A stretch of 64,000 nucleotides of DNA, from the NCBI GenBank assembly GCA_965203465.1, contig CBDBCR010000001.1, forward strand, positions 96,001 to 160,000, written 5' to 3'. How positions within the stretch are numbered: position 1 is the stretch's first letter; every line of letters starts with the position of its first letter. Below the pieces are notes generated by a model, which searched no databases, was not told where the DNA came from, and saw nothing but the letters and a program-made list of their open reading frames with translations. Source of the stretch: Nitrosopumilaceae archaeon (lineage in GTDB: Archaea; Thermoproteota; Nitrososphaeria; Nitrososphaerales; Nitrosopumilaceae). The position numbers and the translations under genes were made by a program. Below, in pieces: positions 38,761 through 47,683 of the stretch.

Positions 38761-39243
38761 ATGGCACGCTGGCGGGGTGCCGTGGCGAAGGAGTTCCTCC
38801 CCAACGTGAGCATAACCCGCCTGCGCAACATGCAAAAGAAAGAAAAGGATCCAAAGGCCTCGAGCAGACTGCTGGTGTGCATACACAGGAAGCAGGGAAA
38901 GACGATCATGGAGATAGCAGACACCCTGAACATCCCGCGCAGCACGGTGACCGACTGGATAAAGAACATCGGGAAGGGCGGTCTGGGCAAGAGATACGAC
39001 GTAAAGAACAAGGGGGCCGCGTGCAAGCTAAGCAAGCGCCAGCTCGAGGCGCTCGAGCGGGATCTGGAAGCCGGCCCCGCGGCGGTCGGGCTCGGAGAGG
39101 ACGCTTGGACGATACCGCTTGTTAGGGCGCACATCAAGAAAAAGTTCCGCGTAGAGTACCATGTCAGATCCGTCTGGGATCTGGTGAGGAGGCTGGGCTT
39201 CGTGTACGAGTCCGGCGCTCCCACTTTGCGATTTACCTTCTGA
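38761..39243 (+). CDS. IS630-family transposase N-terminal HTH/winged-HTH protein without a DDE domain
   Basis: [31 protein letters not shown]...KLSKRQ...GP...[19 protein letters not shown]...LVRRLGF. Confidence 0.8.
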   Translation: MARWRGAVAKEFLPNVSITRLRNMQKKEKDPKASSRLLVCIHRKQGKTIMEIADTLNIPRSTVTDWIKNIGKGGLGKRYDVKNKGAACKLSKRQLEALERDLEAGPAAVGLGEDAWTIPLVRAHIKKKFRVEYHVRSVWDLVRRLGFVYESGAPTLRFTF

Positions 39244-39315
39244 CCGGGGCAAGACGCTAGCGGATATGGGTTTTCGTGTACGAGCCCGGCGCCCCCGCTT
39301 TACGATAGTCTTCTG
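39194..39315 (+). repeat. Imperfect ~50-bp direct repeat with ~74-bp period
   Basis: TGGGCTTCGTGTACGAGTCCGGCGCTCCCACTTTGCGAT versus TGGGTTTTCGTGTACGAGCCCGGCGCCCCCGCTTTACGAT. Confidence 0.75.
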
Positions 39316-39476
39316 CCTCGCGGTTCTGCCGATCCCCGCCCGATCTGTTTGCGTTTGGGACGGCAGGGCCGGATCCGGCCCGGGGCGGGCCCCGTCACGC
39401 GGCCGTCCGGATGCCGCATTCTTGTAGTGCTCCCTTGAAAGCCAAGACATAATTTACGCGCCCGCCGCCCGCGCGC

Positions 39477-39953
39477 GTGCTTTACGCCACATCGGTCTCG
39501 GGCAACGTCCTGCGGGGGGACGCGCCGGGCCCGGCCGAATCGATGGACCGCGTCCGGCTCTCCAGGCAAGAGCTGCAAAAGGCGCGCATCCGCAGGCGCA
39601 CCGAGCGCGGCGCCGACCTGGGCGTGGCCCTGGAGCGGGGCTCCCGGCTGCGCCACGGCGATGTGCTGACCGACGGCAGCAGTTTCGTGGTGGTAGAACA
39701 GGCCCCCGAAAAGGTGCTCGTGGCAAGGTGGCCCGAGGGCGCGCCGCCCGAGACGGCGGCCCTGCTCGGCCACGCGGTCGGCAACCTGCACAGGCCGCTG
39801 TCCGTTGAGGGGGGCGCGGCCGCGTTTCCCATCCAGGCCGACTCGGAAATCGAGATGTTCGGAAAGATGCTTTCGGGGCTCGGGGTGGAGCTGTCAGTGC
39901 AGGAGCGGGTCTTTTGCCCGCACGAGGGGGCCGACGTGCATGGACACGACTGA
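39477..39953 (+). CDS. ureE: Urease accessory Ni chaperone UreE
   Basis: LRHGDVL, GHAVGNLHRP, short HGHD tail. Confidence 0.92.
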   Translation: MLYATSVSGNVLRGDAPGPAESMDRVRLSRQELQKARIRRRTERGADLGVALERGSRLRHGDVLTDGSSFVVVEQAPEKVLVARWPEGAPPETAALLGHAVGNLHRPLSVEGGAAAFPIQADSEIEMFGKMLSGLGVELSVQERVFCPHEGADVHGHD

Positions 39954-40635
39954 GCTTCCCCCGGACGTATCCATGATGCAGCTGGCAGACTCGCTCTTTC
40001 CGTCGGGCATGTTTTCTGTATCCAACGGTATAGAGTCGCTCTTCCAGGACGGCCGGGTGGGCTCTGCGCGCGAGCTGTCCTGCGTCGTGAGGGTCTCGAT
40101 AGAGCAGCAGGCCGGCCCGTGCGACGCGGTAGCGCTCGGTTGCGCCCACAGGGCCGCGGAGGCGGGCGACCTGGACGCGTTGCTCCGGACGGACGCGCGG
40201 TACCTCTCGTTCAGGACGGTGCGCGAGGCGCGCGAGGCGGCCGTGCGCTCCGGCGCGCAGCTTGCAAGGTGCGTGGCGCAGTTTTCCGGCGACCGGACGC
40301 TAAAGAGATACCTCGAAGAGGTGTCCGCCGGCCGCGCGTCGGGCATATACCCCGTCTCGCTGGGGGCAAGCTGCTGCGCGTTGGGCGTCGAAAGAAAGGC
40401 CGCCGCGCGCGTGCTCTTGTACGGGTTCGCCGCCTCGTGCGTGGGCGCCGCGCTGCGCCTCGGCGTCATACAGCACTTTGAGGGGCAGCAGGTGCTCCAC
40501 GGCCTGCGGGGTACGATAGCGCGGGCCGCGGGCGGCGCCGACCTGGACGCGTCGGAGATGTGGCAGTTTGCCCCGCAGCTGGAGATAAACCAAATGGCGC
40601 ACGAGGGGCGCGATTCAAACATGTTCGCGACATGA
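39940..40635 (+). CDS. ureF: Urease accessory protein UreF
   Basis: QLADSLFPSGMFSVSNGIE, AALRLG, HE...MFAT C-terminus. Confidence 0.93.
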   Translation: MDTTELPPDVSMMQLADSLFPSGMFSVSNGIESLFQDGRVGSARELSCVVRVSIEQQAGPCDAVALGCAHRAAEAGDLDALLRTDARYLSFRTVREAREAAVRSGAQLARCVAQFSGDRTLKRYLEEVSAGRASGIYPVSLGASCCALGVERKAAARVLLYGFAASCVGAALRLGVIQHFEGQQVLHGLRGTIARAAGGADLDASEMWQFAPQLEINQMAHEGRDSNMFAT

Positions 40636-41291
40636 GAGGTATGGCGGGCAGGATTCCACGGATGGGTATAGGCGGGCCGGTGGGCTCGGGCAAGAGCATG
40701 CTGATAGAGAGGCTCGTGCCGCTGCTGGCCGGCCGCGGGTACAGCACCAGCATAATATCAAACGACGTCATATCAAAAGAGGACGCTGACAGAATGAGGG
40801 CAAACCTTGCCACCGAGCGCGGCCTGCTGCCGGAAAACCTGGTCGTGGGCCTCGCCACCGGCGGCTGCCCGCACACGGCCGTCCGCGAGGATCCGTCCAT
40901 GAACATGTCCGTAGTCGAAGAGATGGAGCGCGACCACCCCGAGCTGGATCTGATCATAATAGAGAGCGGCGGCGACAACATCACCACCACGTTCAGCCCG
41001 CTCCTCGTCGACTACTTCGTGTACGTGATAGACGTGGCCGGCGGCGACAAATACCCCCGCAAGGGCGGCCTGGGGATACAGAGCTGCGACCTGCTAGTGA
41101 TAAACAAGACCGACCTTGCCCCGCACGTGGGCGCCGACCTGGACGTGATGCGGAGGGACGCCGAAAAGCTCCGGGGGCAGAAGCCGCTCGCCTTTGTCAA
41201 CTGCAGGGCAGGCCGGGGCGTGGAAAGAGTGGCCGAGCTGGTGGTGCGTGACCTGCTGCTCGGCGCGAGCCCAAAGGGCGGTCGGGCTTGA
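40632..41291 (+). CDS. ureG: Urease accessory GTPase UreG
   Basis: GGPVGSGKS, GGCPHTAVREDP, ESGGDN, NKTD. Confidence 0.96.
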   Translation: MRGMAGRIPRMGIGGPVGSGKSMLIERLVPLLAGRGYSTSIISNDVISKEDADRMRANLATERGLLPENLVVGLATGGCPHTAVREDPSMNMSVVEEMERDHPELDLIIIESGGDNITTTFSPLLVDYFVYVIDVAGGDKYPRKGGLGIQSCDLLVINKTDLAPHVGADLDVMRRDAEKLRGQKPLAFVNCRAGRGVERVAELVVRDLLLGASPKGGRA

Positions 41292-42073
41292 AAGCGGCAG
41301 CGCACGCCGGCACGCGCGGCCGGCTGAGGCTGGCCTTCGGCCTGGACGGGCGGAGGACCGTCCTGCGGGAGCAGTTTTCCGAGGCGCCGCTCCACTCGCA
41401 GAGGGCGCTGTACTTGGGGCCGGGGGGCATGGCGCACGTGTACGTCATGTCGAGCTCGGGCGGCATACTGCGCGGGGACAGCCACCGGATCGACGTGGAG
41501 GTCGGAGCCGGGGCGGCCGCGCGCCTGGCCACGCAGGGGGCCACGCGCATATACGGCATGGACGGCGGCTCGGCCGAGCAGTCGATCCGGATTGAAGTCT
41601 TCGAGGGTGGGTACCTGGAACTGGTCCCCGATCCGGTCATACCGTACGGGGGCTCTAGGTTCAGCCAATACACGGAGCTCGTGATGCACGGGGGCGCCGC
41701 GGCAGTCTGCACCGAGGTGGTGTCTCCGGGGCGCGTGGCCATGGGGGAATCCCTAGGGTACGACCTGCTGCGCCTGGACACGCGGGCAGTCTCGGGGGAC
41801 GGCGCGCCGCTGGTGACCGACTCTGCGGTTCTGCGGCCCGGCAGTCTGGAGCAGTTCGGCGTGCTCGGCGGGCGCCGCGCGTTCGGCACCGCCTACGTGC
41901 TCTGCCCCGGCTCGGCCGAGCTGCTGCCCCGCGTATCCGAGCTGGTCTCTGGCTGCGGCGGGGCAAGCGAGCTGCCCCGCGGCGCCGGGCTGCTGGTGCG
42001 CGTGATAGGCGACGAGTCGGCAGAAAAGGTAAGGCGGGTGGCCTCCCTGGTCAGGGCTTTCCGGCTGGGCTGA
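41288..42073 (+). CDS. ureD: Urease accessory protein UreD
   Basis: SSGGILRGD, TQGATRIY, PDPVIPY, PGRVAMGE. Confidence 0.92.
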   Translation: MKAAAHAGTRGRLRLAFGLDGRRTVLREQFSEAPLHSQRALYLGPGGMAHVYVMSSSGGILRGDSHRIDVEVGAGAAARLATQGATRIYGMDGGSAEQSIRIEVFEGGYLELVPDPVIPYGGSRFSQYTELVMHGGAAAVCTEVVSPGRVAMGESLGYDLLRLDTRAVSGDGAPLVTDSAVLRPGSLEQFGVLGGRRAFGTAYVLCPGSAELLPRVSELVSGCGGASELPRGAGLLVRVIGDESAEKVRRVASLVRAFRLG

Positions 42074-42254
42074 CCGGGCGCCCGCCCATTAGCAGGCTGC
42101 GCGAGCGCAGGGTCTTGCGCAGCAGCACGAACCCCAAAGCGGCGGTGGCCGCGCCGAACAGTATGTTGACCACGTTGGCGTCGCTGCCCGTAGAGAGCAT
42201 CGTGAACGCGAGCCTGAGCACCATCATGGTGCCCCCCAGCCCAAAGATCATCAT
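42051..42254 (-). CDS. Small two-TM membrane protein (start uncertain)
   Basis: MMIFGLGGTMMVLRLAF...NILFGAATAALGFVLL; fills the ureD-SDR gap. Confidence 0.45.
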   Translation of the reverse strand: MMIFGLGGTMMVLRLAFTMLSTGSDANVVNILFGAATAALGFVLLRKTLRSRSLLMGGRPVSPAGKP

Positions 42255-42336
42255 CGCCAGCGGCAGGCTCTTGGGCTGCGCGGGCCTCTTCCGGATCTGC
42301 CCAAGACATATTACCGCCGCCCCGCGCGCGCCGGCC

Positions 42337-43068
42337 GTGAAGACTGCCATCGTCACCGGCGCGAGCAGCGGCATCGGCAGGGCCACCGCGCTGGCCTTGG
42401 CCAAGGCAGGCTTTTGCGTGGCCGCCGGCGCGCGCAGGACCGACCGACTCGAAGAGCTGGAGCGCGAGGTCTCGGCCGCGGGCGGCCGCATCGTGTGCCG
42501 CAGGCTGGACGTCTCGGACCGCGGCTCGTGCGAAGAGTTCGTCGCGGCCGTCTTGGAAGAGTGCGGTTCCATAGACGTGCTGGTCAACAACGCCGGCCTC
42601 ATGCCGCTCAGCTTTGTCAAGAAACTAAAGGTCGACGAGTGGGACCGCATGATCGACGTGAACATAAAGGGCGTGCTGTACTGCACGGCCGCGGTGATGC
42701 CGCACATGACCGGCAAAAAGTCCGGCCACATCGTCAACGTCTCGTCGGTGGCCGGCCGCATCGTCTTTCCGGCCGGCAGCGTGTACTGCGCGACAAAGCA
42801 CGCCGTCACCGCGTTCAGCGAGGGGCTCCGGCAGGAGCTGAGCGCGCGCTCCGGGATACGGGTGACCTGCATCGAGCCGGGCGTCGTGGCGACGGAGCTC
42901 ACCGACACCATAACCGACGAGTCGCTGCAGCAGTTCGTCGAAAACTCCAAAAAGATGGAGTCCCTAGCGGCGGGCGACATCGCCTCCGCCGTAATGTACG
43001 CGGTCGGGGCGCCGCCGCACGCCAACGTCAACGAGATCCTCATCAGGCCCGTCTCGCAGGAGCGCTGA
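42337..43068 (+). CDS. Short-chain dehydrogenase/reductase
   Basis: TGASSGIG, NNAG, YCATK, IEPGVV. Confidence 0.93.
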   Translation: MKTAIVTGASSGIGRATALALAKAGFCVAAGARRTDRLEELEREVSAAGGRIVCRRLDVSDRGSCEEFVAAVLEECGSIDVLVNNAGLMPLSFVKKLKVDEWDRMIDVNIKGVLYCTAAVMPHMTGKKSGHIVNVSSVAGRIVFPAGSVYCATKHAVTAFSEGLRQELSARSGIRVTCIEPGVVATELTDTITDESLQQFVENSKKMESLAAGDIASAVMYAVGAPPHANVNEILIRPVSQER

Positions 43069-43272
43069 CTAGTCCTTCTTGGACATGCGGTCCATCAGCG
43101 CCTTGATCTCGGGGGCCACGTCGGCCCCCGCAAGCTCCGCCGCCTCGGCTGCCCGACGGCGCTCGTCCTCGGCGCCGGCCCTGATCTTTTCCTCGCAGTC
43201 GAGGTGATCGCCGCCCGCCGAGACCCCGCCGCATATGGAGCACGCCACGGGTGCCGCCCGGCGATCCCACAA
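43069..43272 (-). CDS. Small hypothetical protein with CxxC...H..C
   Basis: CSICGG...DHLDC plus helical tail; start uncertain. Confidence 0.45.
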   Translation of the reverse strand: MWDRRAAPVACSICGGVSAGGDHLDCEEKIRAGAEDERRRAAEAAELAGADVAPEIKALMDRMSKKD

Positions 43273-43304
43273 TTTAATAATTTCAACCGCCGGGCCCCCG
43301 CCAC

Positions 43305-43379
43305 GGGATTGTCGTCTAGCTTGGCAATGATACTAGTCTGGGGGGCTAGTGGTCGCAGGTTCAAATCCTGCCAATCCCA
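43305..43379 (+). tRNA. tRNA-Pro(GGG), no intron, CCA not encoded
   Basis: Acceptor GGGATTG/CAATCCC; anticodon arm CTAGT-CTGGGGG-GCTAG; T-arm GCAGG-TTCAAAT-CCTGC; TTTAATA upstream. Confidence 0.95.
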
Positions 43380-43479
43380 CTACTGATCTTCCTTTGCCGA
43401 ATCCCGCACGCTCTTCATTATGCAGAACCTTTTGAGCTTGTCCTTCATGCCCATGGGTCGGCGACTCCGGAGGGGGTAT

Positions 43480-44211
43480 TTAGAGCCTTAGCACCGAGAG
43501 GAGCGCGCCGAAAGAGGCCCTCCCAGGCGCGGCCTTGTACGCGCGCAGGGCCCCTATGATCTCTGCGCGCGGCGCCGGCATCCGGCCGGCCATGTCGGTC
43601 CCCACAAAGAGGGACTGGCCCGCCGATGTCACGTTGGCCGCGCGCCTGCCCGCGCTCGCGCTCTCAAAGTCGAGCAGGACCGCCTCTGTCCCCACCATGA
43701 CGTGCCTCGATATGCGGTGAAGCTCGCCGTGGTCGAGTCCGGCCGCGTCGAGCCTGTAGCAGTCCTCGAGCACCTTCCTGAACACCTTTTTTTTGCCGCG
43801 CGCCCCGGCCGCGCGGGCCCACTCCCCTATGGGGGAGCCTTCCAGCCGCTCCATGACCAGGAAGTTTTTGCTGAATTTGACCATGCGGGGGCCGACGCCG
43901 GCCTCGTTGGCAGCGGACAGCAGCCGGGCCTCGCGCGCCATGCCGGGCCTGCTCGAATCGGTCCTGCGCGCCTTGACCGCGACCCTTTGGCCGCCGGCGG
44001 TCCCCGAGATCACCACGCCGGCGTGCCCCTTGCCGAGCACCCGCGCGCGGCCCAGCAGCGTGGGTCCCCCGAGCTCGAGGCTCTCGACGCCCAGCTTTTC
44101 CAGCTGGCGGGCCCTCGCGCGCAGCGCCTGGCGCGAGGCGCCGGGAAACCCGAGCACGCGCCCCTCGGGCGCGCGCGCAAGCTCAGCGGGCGTCAAAGAG
44201 CCTGCCGTCAA
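43480..44211 (-). CDS. RIO/Bud32-like Ser/Thr protein kinase
   Basis: LGKGHAGVV, VAVK, LVMERLEG, HGEL, LDFESAS. Confidence 0.85.
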   Translation of the reverse strand: MTAGSLTPAELARAPEGRVLGFPGASRQALRARARQLEKLGVESLELGGPTLLGRARVLGKGHAGVVISGTAGGQRVAVKARRTDSSRPGMAREARLLSAANEAGVGPRMVKFSKNFLVMERLEGSPIGEWARAAGARGKKKVFRKVLEDCYRLDAAGLDHGELHRISRHVMVGTEAVLLDFESASAGRRAANVTSAGQSLFVGTDMAGRMPAPRAEIIGALRAYKAAPGRASFGALLSVLRL

Positions 44212-45499
44212 CGGGCGCGAACAACTCCGCCAGCGCGCTCCGGGCGCTTTCCGGGATGCGCTCGCCGGCCCACACTTCAAATCCGGCCGCCACGTCGCCG
44301 GCCAGCCCCGCCGGTATCCCCGAGCCCTCGCGGCCCATCAGGCCGGCCAGGAAATCCACGGCCTCGCGCACCTCCCTCTTTTCCATCGCGTAGAGGCGGC
44401 CGTCCCTGCCCACCCACATGATCTCGGCCCCCGGCATGCGCTCCCTGACGAATTTTTCGCAGTCCGCCCTGCAGAAGGCGTCGGGCCCCTCCCTGGTGCG
44501 CATGGGCGGCAGCTGCTGCGACTCCAGCATGAACGCGAGCACCACGCGCTCGCCGTACACGGCGGCGGCGTGGCGGGCAACCGAAAAGCCCGCCTCGGAC
44601 ATCTGCCGCGCCACCTGCGAGGCGGCCCGCTTCGCCTGCCCCCATACGGTCTCGGGGCTGCGGCTACTGTACCCGAACCCGACGGCTGCCACCTGCCCGA
44701 GCGCGCGCGGCCTGACGGGGCCCGCGTCTTGGAAGAACTCCCCGGACGGGCCCTCTAGGTAGGCGCGCGCGGCCATGACGAACCTGGCCATGTTCTCTTC
44801 GGATATGGCCGCCGCCAGGTTCCTGCCCCCGTCGACGGGATCGGCTATGGAGACGGGCGTCTCGAACTTTTTTTCGGACCGGCCGATGGCCTCGCCGCGC
44901 CCGATGCCGGCGAACCTCTCGAGCACGCCCTCAAAGCTGCCCATCTCCATGACCAGCACCTCGGCCACGTACCCGCTGAACCCCTGCCTCGCGATCTCGG
45001 CGCCGTAGACCCCGTTGGCCTTTAGGAACTTTTTGAGCACCCGCGCGTCCGCGCGCCTCCCCTCGTCGAGGCCCTCCTTCATGTACGCGGTGTGGAACCG
45101 GGAGCGGTCCGCCGCGCTCTTCCACATGCCGGCCGGCACGTCGTAGCAGGGGACCACGTTGACCTTGACGCCGTCCACCACGGCTTCCACGAAGGGGTGC
45201 TCGGCGTAGCGCGTGTAGGGGCCGTGCCCCTCGAGCGCGGCGAACCCGAGCGCCTTGGCCTTTTCGCGCAGCTGCTCCTTGGAGACATCGGCCTTGAACA
45301 GCACGAACACGTCGATGTCGGCGCCCTCCGCCAGCCACGTGTCCTTGGCGAAGGATCCGCCTAGCGAGACCTCTAGCGCGCCGTGCTCTTTTGCCGCTTT
45401 CTCGACGGCTTCGGTGACGGCGCGCGCCACCCGCTCCATCTTTGCGCGCTGCTCCGCGGACGGCGCGGTGTGCGCCCTGGCCTCGTCGGCCGGGCTCAT
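44183..45499 (-). CDS. cca: Archaeal CCA-adding enzyme
   Basis: GGSFAKDTWL...DIDVF, YAEHPF, SAADRSRFH, GFSGY. Confidence 0.95.
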   Translation of the reverse strand: MSPADEARAHTAPSAEQRAKMERVARAVTEAVEKAAKEHGALEVSLGGSFAKDTWLAEGADIDVFVLFKADVSKEQLREKAKALGFAALEGHGPYTRYAEHPFVEAVVDGVKVNVVPCYDVPAGMWKSAADRSRFHTAYMKEGLDEGRRADARVLKKFLKANGVYGAEIARQGFSGYVAEVLVMEMGSFEGVLERFAGIGRGEAIGRSEKKFETPVSIADPVDGGRNLAAAISEENMARFVMAARAYLEGPSGEFFQDAGPVRPRALGQVAAVGFGYSSRSPETVWGQAKRAASQVARQMSEAGFSVARHAAAVYGERVVLAFMLESQQLPPMRTREGPDAFCRADCEKFVRERMPGAEIMWVGRDGRLYAMEKREVREAVDFLAGLMGREGSGIPAGLAGDVAAGFEVWAGERIPESARSALAELFAPVDGRLFDAR

Positions 45500-46026
45500 G
45501 CGCGCGCCTCCCCGATGTCCCAGTACGCAGAGCCGGACGGGCCCGGCGCGCTCGACTTTAGCTTTACGCCAGAGACCTCCATGGAACCGAACTCGCGGTC
45601 TGCAAACGCGGCCAACTCTGCGCCGAGGCCGCGCGCCCCGCTTTTAACTCTAGAGACGGTCAGGTGCGGCCTGAACCTGCCGGCCGGCGCGGCGGCGAAC
45701 CGGTCCAGCGCGGAGCCGACCGACGCGGCCAGCTCGCGCAGCTTTTCCCCGTCGCGCACGCCTGCCCAGATCACCTTAGGCCTGGCCGGGCTCGGGAACG
45801 CGCCCATGCCGCGCACCCGCACGTCGAACCTGGAGAACCGCACCCTCGAGAGCGCCTCGGCGGCCCCAGAGGCTGCCTCCTCGGGTATCTCGCCTAGGAA
45901 CCGCAGCGTAAAGTGGAGCAGCTCGGGCCTCACGGGCCGCGCCTGCACGCGCAGCGATTCCTGCACGCGCGCGATCGCCTCCAGTATCCCGGGGTCGTCT
46001 ACGTCGACAGCCGCAAAGACGCGCAC
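45496..46026 (-). CDS. thpR: RNA 2',3'-cyclic phosphodiesterase (2H, LigT/ThpR)
   Basis: HFTLRF and PHLTVSR (two HxT motifs). Confidence 0.92.
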   Translation of the reverse strand: MRVFAAVDVDDPGILEAIARVQESLRVQARPVRPELLHFTLRFLGEIPEEAASGAAEALSRVRFSRFDVRVRGMGAFPSPARPKVIWAGVRDGEKLRELAASVGSALDRFAAAPAGRFRPHLTVSRVKSGARGLGAELAAFADREFGSMEVSGVKLKSSAPGPSGSAYWDIGEARA

Positions 46027-46095
46027 GCCGGCAGCTTTGGCCCGCCTTTATGGGTTTTTCCGAAGCTTGATAGCACGGCGCGCGGGCGCCCGCCC

Positions 46096-46644
46096 ATGCC
46101 GAGGCTCATAGTCTGCCTGACCGGCATGCCCGGCGCGGGCAAGTCCACCATCGCCCGGGGGCTGGCAGAGGCCGGCTACCCCACGGTCAACATGGGCGAC
46201 GCGGTGCGCGCAGAGGCCTCGAGGCGGGGCCTGGAGCCGACCGGCCCCAACCTGGGCGAACTGATGCTGGAGCTGCGCCGGAAAGGCGGGCCCGGCGCGG
46301 TCGCGCAGCTGGTGGTGCCCCGGATCCGCTCGTCTGCCTCCGAGGCAGTGATAGTCGACGGGATACGGTCCGACGCCGAGATCGGCGTGTTGCGCGGCGT
46401 CTCGGCCGTCAAACTACTGCTCGTGCACGCCTCGACGGACACCCGGTTCGGGTTCCTGTCCTGCCGGGGGAGGCCCGACGATCCCGACTCGCGCGAATCG
46501 TTCGAGGCGCGCGACGCGCGCGAGATGGGCGTCGGCATATCGGAGCCCATCGCCCTGGCGGACGAATCGATATCCAACAACGAGCTCACGCGCGAGCAGC
46601 TGGTCGAAGAGGCGCGCAGGATAGTGCGGGCGTGGCTGGCGTGA
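46096..46644 (+). CDS. P-loop nucleotide kinase (UPF0200-like)
   Basis: GMPGAGKS, MGDAVR, VDGIRS, RGRPDD. Confidence 0.85.
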   Translation: MPRLIVCLTGMPGAGKSTIARGLAEAGYPTVNMGDAVRAEASRRGLEPTGPNLGELMLELRRKGGPGAVAQLVVPRIRSSASEAVIVDGIRSDAEIGVLRGVSAVKLLLVHASTDTRFGFLSCRGRPDDPDSRESFEARDAREMGVGISEPIALADESISNNELTREQLVEEARRIVRAWLA

Positions 46645-46982
46645 GCGTCTCGGTAGAGTGCCCCCTGTACCCCAGCGAGGACCCCTCCAAGGTGGGCACC
46701 GCGCTGTCCAACATGTTCCCCGGCCTGGAGTTTTCCGGATCCGGGACGCTGCGCGCAAGCTCGGACATGTCGTGCCTCGAGGAGCTGCGCGGCAAGCTGT
46801 TGCGCCGGCGCATGCAGGCCAGCGTGGCGCGGCAGATGCGCAGGAACGAGCGCGGCGGCAGGACGTGGTTCTACCTCAACAAGCAGGCCGCGTTCGTGGG
46901 GACCGCGGCCGTCTGCGAGCACGCCGCCGAGTCGCCCCTCGGCCCCATACGGGTCTCGCTGCCGGCAGGCCCCTGGCCCTAG
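46641..46982 (+). CDS. UPF0201/DUF54 putative RNA-binding protein
   Basis: PSEDPSKV...LNKQAAFVG...ESPLGPI. Confidence 0.85.
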   Translation: MSVSVECPLYPSEDPSKVGTALSNMFPGLEFSGSGTLRASSDMSCLEELRGKLLRRRMQASVARQMRRNERGGRTWFYLNKQAAFVGTAAVCEHAAESPLGPIRVSLPAGPWP

Positions 46983-47683
46983 AGGAGCCGCAGCAGCTCC
47001 GGAAGGGCCGAAGAGGCGCTCTCCCGCACCGACATGTCCATGATATCGGACATGGCCGTCCTTTCGGGGTTGACCTCGACGAGCATGGCGCCGCAGGACC
47101 TTGCGTGGGCGGGCAGCGTGTTCGCGGGGGATACTGCCAGCGACGTGCCGACCACTATCACCAGGTCGGAGGCGCGTGCGGCCCGCACCGCCTCCTCCCA
47201 GACGCCGGCGGGCAGCTGCTCGCCGAACCAGACCACGTCGGGCCTCTGTATCCCGCCGCACGCGCACCGCGGCGGCAGGCCCTCCGCACGCCCGGCGAAC
47301 TTTCCGCACGCCGAGCACCTGGTTTTCACGATGCTGCCGTGCAGTTCCAGCACGCCGGCGCTGCCTGCCCGCTGGTGCAGGCCGTCTATGTTCTGGGTGG
47401 CCACCGACACGCATCGCAGCTCGGCCATCCGGGCCACGGCCCTGTGCCCCGCGTTTGGCTCTGCCGCGGCGATGTTGGCCCTGCGCTCGTCGTACCACTG
47501 CCAGACCAGCGCCGGATCCTCCTCGAAGGCAGATATGGTGGCCAGCTTCATGGGGTCGTAGGAGCGCCACAGGCCGCCGTCGCCGCGGAACGTGGGTATG
47601 CCGCTCTCCTGCGATATGCCGGCGCCGGTCACCACCGTTATCCTTTCAGCGTTTTTGATGCGTTTTTCCTGCTCAGGAGTCGT
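46979..47683 (-). CDS. cobB: Sir2-family NAD-dependent deacylase (start uncertain)
   Basis: TGAGISQESGIPTFRG, TQNIDGLH, LHGS, RPDVVWFGE, VGTS. Confidence 0.93.
   Translation of the reverse strand, partial: TTPEQEKRIKNAERITVVTGAGISQESGIPTFRGDGGLWRSYDPMKLATISAFEEDPALVWQWYDERRANIAAAEPNAGHRAVARMAELRCVSVATQNIDGLHQRAGSAGVLELHGSIVKTRCSACGKFAGRAEGLPPRCACGGIQRPDVVWFGEQLPAGVWEEAVRAARASDLVIVVGTSLAVSPANTLPAHARSCGAMLVEVNPERTAMSDIMDMSVRESASSALPELLRLL

Noticed and set aside
38761-39243. Active IS630 element
   Set aside because: No DDE domain, frameshift partner ORF or terminal inverted repeats found
43305-43480. Integrative element at tRNA-Pro
   Set aside because: No integrase or duplicated tRNA 3' end; flanks are housekeeping genes
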